The notes beneath the pieces are model-generated. The model was given only the letters and a program-made list of their open reading frames with translations. It was not told the origin of the DNA and made no database searches. The position numbers were made by a program, and so were the translations under genes. A stretch of DNA of 64,000 nt from an uncultured Collinsella sp. (GTDB taxonomy: Bacteria > Actinomycetota > Coriobacteriia > Coriobacteriales > Coriobacteriaceae), in NCBI GenBank assembly GCA_900548515.1, contig URKU01000003.1, positions 2,951 through 66,950 of the forward strand. Direction: 5' to 3'. Shown here in pieces: positions 27,061 through 37,650 of the stretch; position 1 is the stretch's first letter, and each line of letters opens with the position of its first letter.

Positions 27061-27651
27061 CTACAGCGCGCCGTCCAGCATAAGGTTCACCTTGAGCACG
27101 TTGACCGTAGGCTCGCCGAAGACGCCCAGGAATCGGCCCTTGGTGCACTGGGCGATGATCTCGCGAACCTCGCCTTCGCTCTTGCCCGTGGCCTTCGCCA
27201 GGCGCGGTACCTGGTACTCGGCGGCATCGGGGGAGATCTCGGGGTCGAGCCCTGAGCCAGAACACGTCACCAGGTCGACGGGCACAGCGTCCATATCGGC
27301 ATCGGGGTTGGCGGCGCGGATCTTCTTCACGCGCGCATCCACAAGCTGCCGATACTCATCACTCGCCGGGGACAAATTGGACGGGGCACCATACGCCATG
27401 AGCCCGCCATCTTCGCCTTCGACAATTGACACGTTCTGGATACGACCCCACATGTGGGCTTCGTCATCGAAGTTCTGGCCGATGAGCTCGGAACCCACAA
27501 CCTTGCCGTCGACCGTAATGAGCGAACCGTTCGCCTGATACGGGAACGCAACCTGGGAGATGCCGGTCACGACGAGCGTATAGCCCAGGCCGCAGACAAC
27601 GGTAAACAGCGCGAACACGCCCAGTGCGCGCGATGCAACACCTTTGAACAT
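27061..27651 (-). CDS. kdpC: K+-transporting ATPase subunit C
   Basis: FPYQANGS, GSELIGQ, SGSGLDPEIS and VNVLKVNL motifs. Confidence 0.95.
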   Translation of the reverse strand: MFKGVASRALGVFALFTVVCGLGYTLVVTGISQVAFPYQANGSLITVDGKVVGSELIGQNFDDEAHMWGRIQNVSIVEGEDGGLMAYGAPSNLSPASDEYRQLVDARVKKIRAANPDADMDAVPVDLVTCSGSGLDPEISPDAAEYQVPRLAKATGKSEGEVREIIAQCTKGRFLGVFGEPTVNVLKVNLMLDGAL

Positions 27652-27663
27652 ACAAACCTCCAC

Positions 27664-29718
27664 TTACATAATGCCGCAGAACGCGAGCAGCATGTCGATG
27701 AGCTTGATGAATACGAACGGGGCAACGATGCCGCCCAGACCCCACACGAGCAGGTTGTGGGTCAGCAGCTGTCCGGACGGGACCTCGCGGTACTTAACGC
27801 CCTTCAGCGCGGCCGGGATCAGCGCGACGATAACGAGCGCGTTATAGATGATGGCCGAAAGAACCGCGGACAGCGGGCTTGCCAGACCAAGGATGTTGAG
27901 CGCGCCAAGGCCCGGGTAGATCGGCGAAAACAGGGCCGGGATGATAGCGAAGTACTTCGCCATGTCGTTGGCCACCGAGAAGGTCGTGAGCGAACCGCGG
28001 GTCATGAGCAGCTGCTTGCCGATACGCACGACCTCGATGAGCTTGGTAGGGCTGGAGTCGAGGTCGACCATGTTGCCGGCCTCCTTGGCAGCCTGGGTGC
28101 CCGTGTTCATGGCCACGGCGACGTCGGCCTGGGCCAGAGCGGGCGCGTCGTTGGTGCCGTCACCGGTCATGGCGACCAGGTGCCCCTCACGCTGGAACTC
28201 GCGGATCTTCTCGAGCTTGCCTTCAGGGGTGGCCTCGGCCAGGAAGTCGTCAACGCCGGCCTCGGCGGCGATTGCCGCGGCGGTGAGCGGGTTGTCGCCC
28301 GTCACCATTATGGTCTTGATACCCATGCGGCGCAGGTCGGCGAACTTCTCCTTAACGCCGGACTTGATGATGTCCTTAAGGTACACAACGCCCAGCACAC
28401 GGCAGTTCTTGGTCACGACCAGCGGGGTGCCGCCGGCCTTGGCGATGCGCTCGACGGCCTCGTCGCACTCCTGGGAGAACACGCCGCCGGCTGCCTCCAC
28501 ATAAGTGCGCACGGAATCGGCAGCGCCCTTGCGGATCTCATTGCCCTCGTAGTTCACGCCGGACATACGCGTTGCCGCGGTGAACGGGATGAACTCCATA
28601 CCCTTATCCTCGAGCGTGCGACCGCGCAGACCGAACTGCTCCTTGGCGAGCACGACGATGGAACGACCCTCGGGGGTCTCGTCGGCCAGCGAGGAAAGCT
28701 GGGCGGCATCGGCCAGCTCCGCGGGATCGACGCCGTCGACCGGGATGAACTCGGCGGCTTGGCGGTTACCCAGGGTGATGGTGCCGGTCTTGTCGAGCAT
28801 GAGGATGTCGACGTCGCCGGCGGCCTCGATGGCGCGGCCGGACATGGCCAGCACGTTGGCCTCGTTCAGACGGCTCATGCCGGCGATACCGATGGCGGAC
28901 AGAAGGGCGCCGATGGTAGTGGGAGCCAGGCACACGAGCAGTGCCACGAGCGTGGTCACGGCCGTGGGGTTGACCATGTCGTTAAGACCGGCCGAGAAGC
29001 AGGAGTAACAATACAGGGCCAGCGTGACCAGGATAAAGACGATAGAGAGGGCCACCAGGAAGATCTCCAGAGCGATCTCGTTAGGGGTCTTCTTGCGCGC
29101 GGCACCCTCGACCATCGCGATCATCTTGTCCAGGAAGCTCTGGCCGGGTTCGCTGGAGATCTTGACGATGATCCAGTCGGATAGCACCGTGGTACCGCCG
29201 GTAACGGCAGAGCGGTCGCCGCCGGCCTCGCGGACCACGGGGGCGGACTCGCCGGTGATGGCGGACTCGTCAACGGAGGCAGCGCCCTCGATGACGTCGC
29301 CATCGCCGGGAATCTGCTCGCCGGCGCGTACGATCACCAGGTCGCCGCGCGTAAGCTCGGTGCCGGGAACGACGGTGAAGTGCTCCTTGTCCTCAACGGA
29401 CTCGATGCGATGGGCCTCGACATCCTTCTTGGCCGCACGCAGGGAATCGGCCTGAGCCTTACCGCGGCCCTCGGCAAGCGCCTCGGCGAAGTTCGAGAAC
29501 AGGTCTGTGAGCCACAGGATGACCGCGATGGCGACCACATAGTAGGTGGGCACACCCGCGTCCTGCACACCGAAGATGGAAGCGACGGCCAGGACGGAGG
29601 TCATGCCGGCGGAAAACCACACCAGGAACATGACCGGGTTTTGAATCTGGACGCGAGGATCCAACTTGGCAAACGAGTCGCGGACCGCGCGGCCCATCAT
29701 GTCTTTTTGCATAGCCAT
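27664..29718 (-). CDS. kdpB: K+-transporting P-type ATPase subunit B
   Basis: TGES, DKTGT and [11 protein letters not shown] motifs. Confidence 0.97.
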   Translation of the reverse strand: MAMQKDMMGRAVRDSFAKLDPRVQIQNPVMFLVWFSAGMTSVLAVASIFGVQDAGVPTYYVVAIAVILWLTDLFSNFAEALAEGRGKAQADSLRAAKKDVEAHRIESVEDKEHFTVVPGTELTRGDLVIVRAGEQIPGDGDVIEGAASVDESAITGESAPVVREAGGDRSAVTGGTTVLSDWIIVKISSEPGQSFLDKMIAMVEGAARKKTPNEIALEIFLVALSIVFILVTLALYCYSCFSAGLNDMVNPTAVTTLVALLVCLAPTTIGALLSAIGIAGMSRLNEANVLAMSGRAIEAAGDVDILMLDKTGTITLGNRQAAEFIPVDGVDPAELADAAQLSSLADETPEGRSIVVLAKEQFGLRGRTLEDKGMEFIPFTAATRMSGVNYEGNEIRKGAADSVRTYVEAAGGVFSQECDEAVERIAKAGGTPLVVTKNCRVLGVVYLKDIIKSGVKEKFADLRRMGIKTIMVTGDNPLTAAAIAAEAGVDDFLAEATPEGKLEKIREFQREGHLVAMTGDGTNDAPALAQADVAVAMNTGTQAAKEAGNMVDLDSSPTKLIEVVRIGKQLLMTRGSLTTFSVANDMAKYFAIIPALFSPIYPGLGALNILGLASPLSAVLSAIIYNALVIVALIPAALKGVKYREVPSGQLLTHNLLVWGLGGIVAPFVFIKLIDMLLAFCGIM

Positions 29719-29734
29719 AAATCTGCGCCCTCCT

Positions 29735-31558
29735 TTACGCAATCATCTGGAAGAACTCGGCAACGGGGCCAAGCGCCAGGGCCGGGAAGAAGCTCAGGGC
29801 ACCGATCAGCAGAACGATGAACACGAGCAGGAATACGAACATGCCGTTGGTGGTAGACAGGGTACCGGCGCTCTCGGCGACCTTACCTTTCTTGGCCAGC
29901 GAGCCGGCGATAGCCAGCGTACCGATGATGGGCATGAAGCGGGCGAACAGCATCTCGAGGCCGAGCATGACGTTGATCCAGGGAATGTTGCAGTTCATGC
30001 CTGCAAACGCCGAGCCGTTGTTGCCGCCGCATGAGGTGAAGGCATACAGCACCTCGGAGAAGCCGTGCGCGCCACCATTGTTGAGCTGGTCGGCAAGACC
30101 GGGCACCATGCAGGCGATGGCCGAACACACCAGAATGGCAAACGGAGTTGCCAGGCACAGGACAACTGCCCAGCGCATCTCGCCCGGCTCGATCTTCTTG
30201 CCCAGGAACTCAGGCGTGCGTCCGACCATGAGGCCGGCGATGAACACTGTGAGGATGGCGAAGCCGATCATGCCGTACAGGCCGCAGCCCACGCCGCCGA
30301 AGACGACCTCGCCCAGAGCCATCTGGAGCATCTGGACAAAACCGCCCAGCGGGGTGTAGGAGTCGTGCATGGAGTTAACCGAGCCGTTGGAAGCAGCCGT
30401 CGTGAAAGCGGACCAGGTGGAAGAGGAGGCGATACCGAAGCGGCTCTCCTTGCCCTCCATGTTGCCGCCAGCCTGGCCATCGGTCATCTCGATGTTGACC
30501 GCGCCGCCATCTGCCAGCTGCGGGGTGCCCGCATGCTCGTTGAGGGCGATGATGCCGGCGAAGATCACCAGCAGGATGAACATGGCGGCAAAGATGGCCT
30601 TGCCCTGCTTGGTGTTTTTGACGCCGATACCGAAGGTGAAGCAACAGGCGGCCGGGATCAGCAGCAGGCTGGTCATCTCGATGATGTTGGTGAAGGCACT
30701 GGGGTTCTCATACGGATGAGCGGAGTTCACTCCGAAGAAGCCTCCGCCGTTGGTGCCGGACTGCTTGATGGCGACCTGAGGAGCCGCGGGACCCTGGGGC
30801 AGGAACTGCTCGGTGACCACGCGCGCGCCCTCGACAACCTTGCCGTCGACCTTGACCGTGTCGCCCTCGATCTCGGCGCCGTCGATGACGCTCCAGCCGC
30901 CGTCTGCATTAGGCTGGACAGCGACGGGCTCTACGAGCTCAGCCTTCTGAGCCGGCTGGAAGTTGGAGATGACGCCACCGGCAGCCAGGCAGATGCCGAA
31001 CACGAGGTTCAGCGGGATGAGCACATACAGGACGGTGCGGGTGAGGTCGACCCAGAAGGAACCCAGACCCTGCTCCTTGACCTGACGGAAGCCGCGGATC
31101 AGCGCGAACATGACCGCGATACCGGTGCCGGCGGAAACGAAGTTCTGCACGGTGAGACCCATGAACTGCACAAGGTAGGACAGGGTGGTCTCACCGGAGT
31201 AGGACTGCCAGTTGGTGTTGGTTATGAAGGAAGCAGCCGTATTGAACGACAGGTTCCATGACACACCCGGCAGGTGCTGGGGATTGCCTGGCAAGAAGGA
31301 CTGAAACGCCTGGAGTGCCACAAGAGCCACGAGGCCGATCCCCGAAAAGACCAGCACGCTCGCCAGATAGCGCCTACACCCCATCTGCTCTGCCGCGTCG
31401 ATGCGAAGCAGACGATAGACGCCACGCTCCACAGGAGCAATCACAGGCGACAGGAACGTATGCTCACCATCCATGATATGGGCCATGAACCGACCGAGCG
31501 GAACGGCCAGGACGACGAGCACGGCAAAGTACAAGATGTACTGAATCGCAGCGTCCAT
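29735..31558 (-). CDS. kdpA: K+-transporting ATPase subunit A
   Basis: TNTNWQ, GTNGGG, SNGSVN and NNGSAF pore motifs. Confidence 0.97.
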   Translation of the reverse strand: MDAAIQYILYFAVLVVLAVPLGRFMAHIMDGEHTFLSPVIAPVERGVYRLLRIDAAEQMGCRRYLASVLVFSGIGLVALVALQAFQSFLPGNPQHLPGVSWNLSFNTAASFITNTNWQSYSGETTLSYLVQFMGLTVQNFVSAGTGIAVMFALIRGFRQVKEQGLGSFWVDLTRTVLYVLIPLNLVFGICLAAGGVISNFQPAQKAELVEPVAVQPNADGGWSVIDGAEIEGDTVKVDGKVVEGARVVTEQFLPQGPAAPQVAIKQSGTNGGGFFGVNSAHPYENPSAFTNIIEMTSLLLIPAACCFTFGIGVKNTKQGKAIFAAMFILLVIFAGIIALNEHAGTPQLADGGAVNIEMTDGQAGGNMEGKESRFGIASSSTWSAFTTAASNGSVNSMHDSYTPLGGFVQMLQMALGEVVFGGVGCGLYGMIGFAILTVFIAGLMVGRTPEFLGKKIEPGEMRWAVVLCLATPFAILVCSAIACMVPGLADQLNNGGAHGFSEVLYAFTSCGGNNGSAFAGMNCNIPWINVMLGLEMLFARFMPIIGTLAIAGSLAKKGKVAESAGTLSTTNGMFVFLLVFIVLLIGALSFFPALALGPVAEFFQMIA

Positions 31559-31561
31559 AGT

Positions 31562-31648
31562 TTACGAATCACTCCTCATCAGAATGTAGATGTAATAGAT
31601 AAGGAGTCCAATGCAGACGACTCCGATGATGGGAATGAGGATGTCCAT
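31562..31648 (-). CDS. kdpF: KdpF-like 28-aa membrane peptide (not in the ORF track)
   Basis: MDILIPIIGVVCIGLLIYYIYILMRSDS*, AAGGGG RBS, ends 3 nt before the kdpA start. Confidence 0.75.
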   Translation of the reverse strand: MDILIPIIGVVCIGLLIYYIYILMRSDS

Positions 31649-31892
31649 TTACCGCCCCTTTCACGCGCGGTCCGATGTCTCGGACGCCTGCTCTCGCAAG
31701 CGTCTGGGGACAGTAAACGCTTCTAGGGATTAAAGAGGCGTGAGGGCCGGGGCTCACGTCCTTAAGATGCCGTAAAGATGCAGGTAGTAAGCACTATTGC
31801 GGCTGCAGTGCGCCTATACTCGACCTCGCGAGCATACAGTGGCGTCCTCACCGCGTATGCACGCATGGACAACGTTTCAGAAAGGCTACGCT

Positions 31893-34628
31893 ATGCAGCG
31901 CGACGCATCGGACACTCGCGTCAACCCAGACCTCATCCTCAAGGCAATTGAGAAAGACGAGGCCGCCGATGACGCTCGAACCAGCCGGGGACACCTCAAG
32001 ATTTTCTTTGGCTACGCTGCTGGCGCAGGCAAAACCTATGCGATGCTTCAAGCCGCCCACGCCGCCAAGCGGCGAGGTGTCGACGTCGTCGCGGGATACA
32101 TCGAGCCGCACGAACGTCCGGCAACTGCCCATCTTGCACAAGGGCTTGAGAACGTGCCCTGTAAACTCATCGAGCACAACGGCATTGCGCTCAGCGAGTT
32201 CGATCTAGATACGGCTATCGAACGCGCCCCTCAGCTCATCCTTGTCGACGAGCTTGCCCATACGAATGCGCCGGGGTCTCGCCACGACAAACGCTATCAA
32301 GACGTCGAGGAACTTCTACATGCGGGAATCGACGTCTATACGACCGTGAACGTTCAGCACATCGAGAGCCTAAACGACATGGTTGCATCCATCACCGGCG
32401 TTGTCGTGAGCGAACGAATCCCCGACCGTATCTTCGATGATGCCGACCAGGTCGAGCTCGTCGACATAGAGCCCGAAGACCTACTTGAGCGCCTTCGCGC
32501 CGGCCTCGTCTACCGTCCCGCACAAGCCGACCGAGCGCAACAGCATTTTTTTACCGTCGAGAACCTCACCGCACTCCGAGAAATCGCGCTGCGCCGCTGC
32601 GCCGATCGCACCGGCCACCTCACAGATGCCGCACGCGTGCTGGGAAACCGTGACTACTACACCAGGGAGCGTATCTTAGTCTGTGTCTCCCCGGCGCCGA
32701 CCAATCCCCGCATCGTCCGTGCCGCCGCACGCATGGCGAAAGCGTTTCGCAGCGAGCTCGTCGCCCTGTTCGTAGAGAGCCCGCGCACGCAAGCCATGAG
32801 CGATGATGAGCGCGCCAAGCTTGCAGCCAATATCGCCCTAGCCGAGCAGCTCGGAGCACATATGGAAACCGTCTATGGCGACGACATCGCGTTTCAGATC
32901 TCCGAGTTCGCGCGCCTGTCGGGTATTTCGAAGATCGTCATGGGGCGCACGGGCGAGCGCAGCAGCGTCCGTCAGGCCCTCTTCGGCCGCAAATCTCTCG
33001 TAGAACAGCTCATAACATTCGCCCCGAACCTCGACATTTACATCATTCCAGACCAGTCGACTCCGCCCTCCCGGCCCAAAGGACGCCGCCGCGCGGTCGC
33101 CCTGCAGCCGCCCAACAGCCGAAACGTGCTTCGCACGCTGGCCCTCTCTCTTGTCGCCACGGCGATCGGCACGGCTTTCCGCCATCTGGGATTTGCCGAT
33201 TCCAGCATCATATCCCTCTATATCCTCACGGCCCTGCTGACCGCCGTCACCACGACGGGGCGTATCTGCACGATCGTATCGAGCGTGCTCTCTGTAGTGC
33301 TTTACAACTTCTGCTTCGTCACGCCTCTGTTTTCGCTCGCCAGCTACGACCGAAGCTATCTGGTCACGTTCGGCATCATGTTCGCTACCGCTATGGTCGC
33401 CGGCGAGTTAACTGCGCGCATCGCCGACAACGCCCGTACCTCCGCCGAGAACGCATTCAAAACGCGCGTACTCCTCGAAACGAACCAGCTCTTGCAGCAA
33501 GCCCATAGCGCGAAGGAGTGTGCCCGCGTCGCCATGAACCAACTCGTCAAACTGCTAAAACTCGACGTGGTCTTCTACACCGCCGAGCACGGCACGCTCG
33601 GCAAGACCCTCTATGAGTCCGCTGGCACCGAAAACCGATCCGCGTCGCTGTTCACCGACTACGAGCGCGCCGTTGCAACCTGGACCTACACCAACAACAA
33701 GCGCGCGGGCGCAAGCACGCGGACCCTGCCTGAGGCGCGCTGTCTCTACCTCGCGGTTCGTACCGGCGACAAGGTATTCGGTGTCATCGGCATCGACCTG
33801 GAGGGGCGCGAAATCGAAGCCTTCGAGCATTCGATCGTCCTATCTATCGTAGGTGAATGCGCCTTGGCGCTCGAAAGCGACCGGGCGGCGCAAGAGCGCG
33901 AAGAGGCTGCGGTCTTGGCGAAAAACGAGCAGCTGCGCGCCAACCTTTTGCGCTCCATCGGCCACGATTTGAGGACACCCCTCACGGCTATATCCGGATC
34001 TGCGGCAATCCTTCGGAAGAGCGACGAGAAGCTCAGCCTCGAACAACGCTGCGATCTTGCCGATGCCATCTACGACGACTCCCTCTGGCTTATCGATACC
34101 GTGGAGAACCTCCTCGCCATCACACGCGTCGAGGACGGCACCATTCGCCTCAACTTAACATCCGAGCTCATCGACGAAGTCATCGAGGCCGCCCTCAGCC
34201 ATGTCGCCCAAGCATCGCATGGACGTGCCGTCACCATCGAGCACACTGACGACATCCTGCTGGTACGCATCGACGTCCATCTCATCATGCAGGTGCTTAC
34301 GAATCTCATCATGAACGCCTTCAAGTACACGCCCGAGGACTCGACTGTCACCATCAGCGCGCGTCGCGAGGGTGCGTTCGTTGTGGTGGACGTCGCAGAC
34401 GATGGGCCGGGTGTGGCAGACTGCGACAAGCCTCATATCTTTGAGCGCTTCTTTACCTCAGGCAATACGCGGCCCGTGGATTCGCGTCGAAGCATCGGCC
34501 TTGGGCTGTCGCTCTGCCGCTCCATCGTGGAGGCGCATGGCGGCGTCATCGAAGTTCGCGACAACCACCCCCATGGGGCCGTCTTCCGTTTTACCCTGCC
34601 CGCTGAGGAGATCGAGATTCATGAATAA
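31893..34628 (+). CDS. kdpD: Sensor histidine kinase KdpD
   Basis: GAGKTYAML, LVDELAH, USP-like domain, 4 TM helices, HDLRTPL and GLGL motifs. Confidence 0.96.
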   Translation: MQRDASDTRVNPDLILKAIEKDEAADDARTSRGHLKIFFGYAAGAGKTYAMLQAAHAAKRRGVDVVAGYIEPHERPATAHLAQGLENVPCKLIEHNGIALSEFDLDTAIERAPQLILVDELAHTNAPGSRHDKRYQDVEELLHAGIDVYTTVNVQHIESLNDMVASITGVVVSERIPDRIFDDADQVELVDIEPEDLLERLRAGLVYRPAQADRAQQHFFTVENLTALREIALRRCADRTGHLTDAARVLGNRDYYTRERILVCVSPAPTNPRIVRAAARMAKAFRSELVALFVESPRTQAMSDDERAKLAANIALAEQLGAHMETVYGDDIAFQISEFARLSGISKIVMGRTGERSSVRQALFGRKSLVEQLITFAPNLDIYIIPDQSTPPSRPKGRRRAVALQPPNSRNVLRTLALSLVATAIGTAFRHLGFADSSIISLYILTALLTAVTTTGRICTIVSSVLSVVLYNFCFVTPLFSLASYDRSYLVTFGIMFATAMVAGELTARIADNARTSAENAFKTRVLLETNQLLQQAHSAKECARVAMNQLVKLLKLDVVFYTAEHGTLGKTLYESAGTENRSASLFTDYERAVATWTYTNNKRAGASTRTLPEARCLYLAVRTGDKVFGVIGIDLEGREIEAFEHSIVLSIVGECALALESDRAAQEREEAAVLAKNEQLRANLLRSIGHDLRTPLTAISGSAAILRKSDEKLSLEQRCDLADAIYDDSLWLIDTVENLLAITRVEDGTIRLNLTSELIDEVIEAALSHVAQASHGRAVTIEHTDDILLVRIDVHLIMQVLTNLIMNAFKYTPEDSTVTISARREGAFVVVDVADDGPGVADCDKPHIFERFFTSGNTRPVDSRRSIGLGLSLCRSIVEAHGGVIEVRDNHPHGAVFRFTLPAEEIEIHE

Positions 34629-35325
34629 TGCCGCTAAGCCACGCATCCTCCTGGTCGAAGATGACCTGACCGTTCAAAACCTCGTTTCGACCGCGCTTGA
34701 CCTCCACGGCTATGTCGTGAGCAAGGTTTGCAACGGCCAGGCCGCCATCATGGATGCGGTGTCGCACGGCCCCAGCCTCATCATGCTCGACCTCGGCCTT
34801 CCCGACATTGACGGTATCGAGGTCATCACGAAGATCCGAAGCTGGTCGGCAGTCCCCATTATCGTCATTTCGGCGCGCACCGAAGATTCCGACAAGATTG
34901 CAGCACTTGACGCAGGGGCAGACGACTACCTCACCAAGCCCTTTTCTGTGGATGAGTTGCTCGCGCGCGTCCGCGCGAATTTGAGGCGCTCCTCGATGGC
35001 GTCGAGCGAGTCGACAGAAGCGAGCACGTTCGACAACGGTCCGCTGCATATCGACTACGCCGCGGGATACGCGACGAAAGACGGACGCGAGCTCTCGCTC
35101 ACCCCAACCGAGTACAAATTGCTCGTCCTTCTGGCGAAAAACGTCGACAAGGTGCTCACCCACACCTTCATCACCCGCGAGATATGGGGCACGAGCTGGG
35201 ACAGCGATCTGGCGAGCCTGCGCGTGTTCATGCGCACCCTGCGCAAGAAGATCGAGGCAGACCCCTCTCATCCCAAGATGCTTCAGACGCACATGGGTGT
35301 CGGGTACCGCATGCAGCGTCTCTAG
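34621..35325 (+). CDS. kdpE: Response regulator KdpE
   Basis: LDLGLPD, GADDYLTKPF and LRKKIEADP motifs; overlaps the kdpD stop. Confidence 0.95.
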   Translation: MNNAAKPRILLVEDDLTVQNLVSTALDLHGYVVSKVCNGQAAIMDAVSHGPSLIMLDLGLPDIDGIEVITKIRSWSAVPIIVISARTEDSDKIAALDAGADDYLTKPFSVDELLARVRANLRRSSMASSESTEASTFDNGPLHIDYAAGYATKDGRELSLTPTEYKLLVLLAKNVDKVLTHTFITREIWGTSWDSDLASLRVFMRTLRKKIEADPSHPKMLQTHMGVGYRMQRL

Positions 35326-35339
35326 CCCACCCCACAAAA

Positions 35340-35406
35340 AGTTGCGGTGGAATACGGAGTAGATAAGGCCTTTGACAGCCAAAACAGTCCGTATTTCACC
35401 GCAACT
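35340..35406. repeat. 67-bp palindromic element, copy 4 (right border of the kdp block)
   Basis: Direct repeat of 26931-26997. Confidence 0.9.
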
Positions 35407-35421
35407 GATGGATGGAATGTG

Positions 35422-36639
35422 TTAGAGGCCCAGGTAGCTGGTCATGCCTTCGACGGCGAGCTTGGCCCCTGCCACGGCATGAACCACGGTGAGCGGGCCG
35501 TTGACCACGTCGCCGGCGGCAAAGACGCCGGGCACGGTGGTCATGCCGCGCTCATCGACCGAAAGCAGGCCGCGATGGTCGGTCTCCAGACCGCCCGTCG
35601 TAAGCACGAGCTTGTCCTTGGGCACCTGCGAGGCCGCAATGACGATGGTATCGGCCGCGGCATGGTCGAGCTCTTCCTCGTAGCCCACCACGTTGTTGTC
35701 CTCGTCAAAGATGGCCGTCTCGAACACCGGGCCGTTATCGTCGATGGCGCAGATGGCCTTGCCGCACACGATCTCGGCACCGTCGAGCTCGGTCAGCTCG
35801 ACCTCGTCGTCGATGGCAGAGATATGGCGCGAGCGTGCATACACGGTGACCTTGCGAGCACCCGAACGCAGCGCCGTGCGGGCCACATCCATGGCCACAT
35901 TACCGGCACCGATGACCGCCACGTTCTGCCCGATAGCCACGCTCGTGGGATCGACCAGGTAATCGATACCAAACAGCACGTTGCCGCGCGACTCGCCGGG
36001 AATGCCCAGTTTGCGGGCACGCCAGGTACCGGTACCAACAAAGACCGCATCGTAGCCGTCGCGCAGCAGGTCGTCGATATGCAGCGCGCCACCAATGGTG
36101 GTCGAGGGGCGCACGCGCACGCCAAGCGAGCACATCACGTGACGGTACTTTTGCACCAGCGAGCGCGGCAGACGGAACTCGGGGATGCCGTACTCCAACA
36201 CGCCGCCGATCTCGGGGCGCTGCTCAAACACGGTGACAGCGCAGCCCAGCTGGGCCATCTTAATGGCCACGGTAATGCCGGCAGGACCCGAGCCGACCAC
36301 GGCGACCTGCTTGCCACACGACGGCGCAGGCGTCCACTCTTTGCGGTCGAGATACGCCGTGGAGATATAGTTCTCGATGCTCGAGAAATGCACCGGCGTG
36401 CCCTTGCGACCCTGAATGCACGAACCCTCGCACTGGCCCGAATGGTTACACACCATGGAGCAAACCGCGCTCATGGGGTTGTTCTGGAACAGCAACTCGC
36501 CCGCTTCCTCCAGACGACGCTGCTTAAACAGATCGATGACCTGCGGGATAGGCGTCTGCACCGGGCAGCCCTTAATCTGGCAGAACGCCCTTTTACAACC
36601 CAGGCAACGATTTGCTTCCTCGACAATGTGGATAGCCAC
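35422..36639 (-). CDS. GltD/NfnA-like Fe-S FAD oxidoreductase
   Basis: EANRCLGC..C..GCP, GSGPAG, YGIPEFRLP, GAGNVAMD and FAAGD motifs. Confidence 0.88.
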   Translation of the reverse strand: MAIHIVEEANRCLGCKRAFCQIKGCPVQTPIPQVIDLFKQRRLEEAGELLFQNNPMSAVCSMVCNHSGQCEGSCIQGRKGTPVHFSSIENYISTAYLDRKEWTPAPSCGKQVAVVGSGPAGITVAIKMAQLGCAVTVFEQRPEIGGVLEYGIPEFRLPRSLVQKYRHVMCSLGVRVRPSTTIGGALHIDDLLRDGYDAVFVGTGTWRARKLGIPGESRGNVLFGIDYLVDPTSVAIGQNVAVIGAGNVAMDVARTALRSGARKVTVYARSRHISAIDDEVELTELDGAEIVCGKAICAIDDNGPVFETAIFDEDNNVVGYEEELDHAAADTIVIAASQVPKDKLVLTTGGLETDHRGLLSVDERGMTTVPGVFAAGDVVNGPLTVVHAVAGAKLAVEGMTSYLGL

Positions 36640-36735
36640 GCGATTCCCCTCTGATTCGCATCAACACAATAACAGGCAGTTCCAGATGCTGCCCAGTACC
36701 GGCAAGACGGCCGCCCGTAGCGGCCGCCAGCCACG

Positions 36736-37650
36736 CTACATCTCCCGATGTGCGCCTTCGCAACAAGCAGACATACGCTCGAGCGTCGTCAAGCAGCCGG
36801 CCGCCGTCGCCGGCACGCTGTTCTCGACCACGCACGGAATGCCCGGACAGGCGGCAGCGGCCCAGGCGACGACGGGCTCAAAGTCGTAACGGCCCGTCTC
36901 GCCCACGCCATGGCATACCAGGCGCGAGCCCGTGCCGTCGCACCAGCCGGCCTCATCCTCGTTGTTCACGACCTCGTAGTCCTTGGCATGCAGCACGCGA
37001 ACCTTGCTGCCGCATAAATAGAGCATGCGCGCGGTGATTTCCTGCGCTTCGTCAACGACGCTGGGGTGCAGCAGCGACACTGGGTCATAGATCACGCCGA
37101 GCGACGGGCTCGAGACGCGCTCCAGCACCTCACGGCAGCGATCTGGCGTGTTGACCGTCTCGTTCCAACCGGGCTCGATCAGTATTTGCCCACCCACGGC
37201 CTCGGCCCGATCGCAGACGTGTGCGAGTCCGTCCATAAAAGCCTCGAGTGCCTCATCAGTCGTGCGGTCGTCAGCAACGCGGTTCTGCGCATTGGGGCGA
37301 CCGGTCTCGGTACCCACCGGGCAGCCGCCGAGCATCTGGGCAAAGTTCAGGCATGCCTCGTACTCGGCAAAGTTATCCATGAGCTGTTGGCGATCGGGCG
37401 TCGCCAAATTCTTATAGCAGCCGAGCACGGCGACCGAAACGCCCGACTCATCGAGCACGGCACGCAAATGGTCGGCAAGCTCGCGGGTCAGGCCGCCTCG
37501 ATCGATCCCCATCGATGCGTAGAGCACCTTGCTCGGCAGCTGAATGCACGAAAAGCCCAGCTCTCCCGCCATGCGAATGCGTTCCTCGACGGTCCCCTGC
37601 GGAAGGTCGTGCAAACGTACGCCCAGAGTAATAGCCCCCACGTTATTCAC
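36736..37650 (-). CDS. Sugar phosphate isomerase/epimerase (AP-endonuclease-2 TIM barrel)
   Basis: LGVRLHD, LGCYKN, VGTETG, IEP, YDP and HAKD motifs; GTG start overlapping the GH105 stop. Confidence 0.8.
   Translation of the reverse strand: MNNVGAITLGVRLHDLPQGTVEERIRMAGELGFSCIQLPSKVLYASMGIDRGGLTRELADHLRAVLDESGVSVAVLGCYKNLATPDRQQLMDNFAEYEACLNFAQMLGGCPVGTETGRPNAQNRVADDRTTDEALEAFMDGLAHVCDRAEAVGGQILIEPGWNETVNTPDRCREVLERVSSPSLGVIYDPVSLLHPSVVDEAQEITARMLYLCGSKVRVLHAKDYEVVNNEDEAGWCDGTGSRLVCHGVGETGRYDFEPVVAWAAAACPGIPCVVENSVPATAAGCLTTLERMSACCEGAHREM

Noticed and set aside
35422..36639. Glutamate synthase small subunit gltD
   Set aside because: No gltB partner nearby; kept as a generic GltD/NfnA-like oxidoreductase
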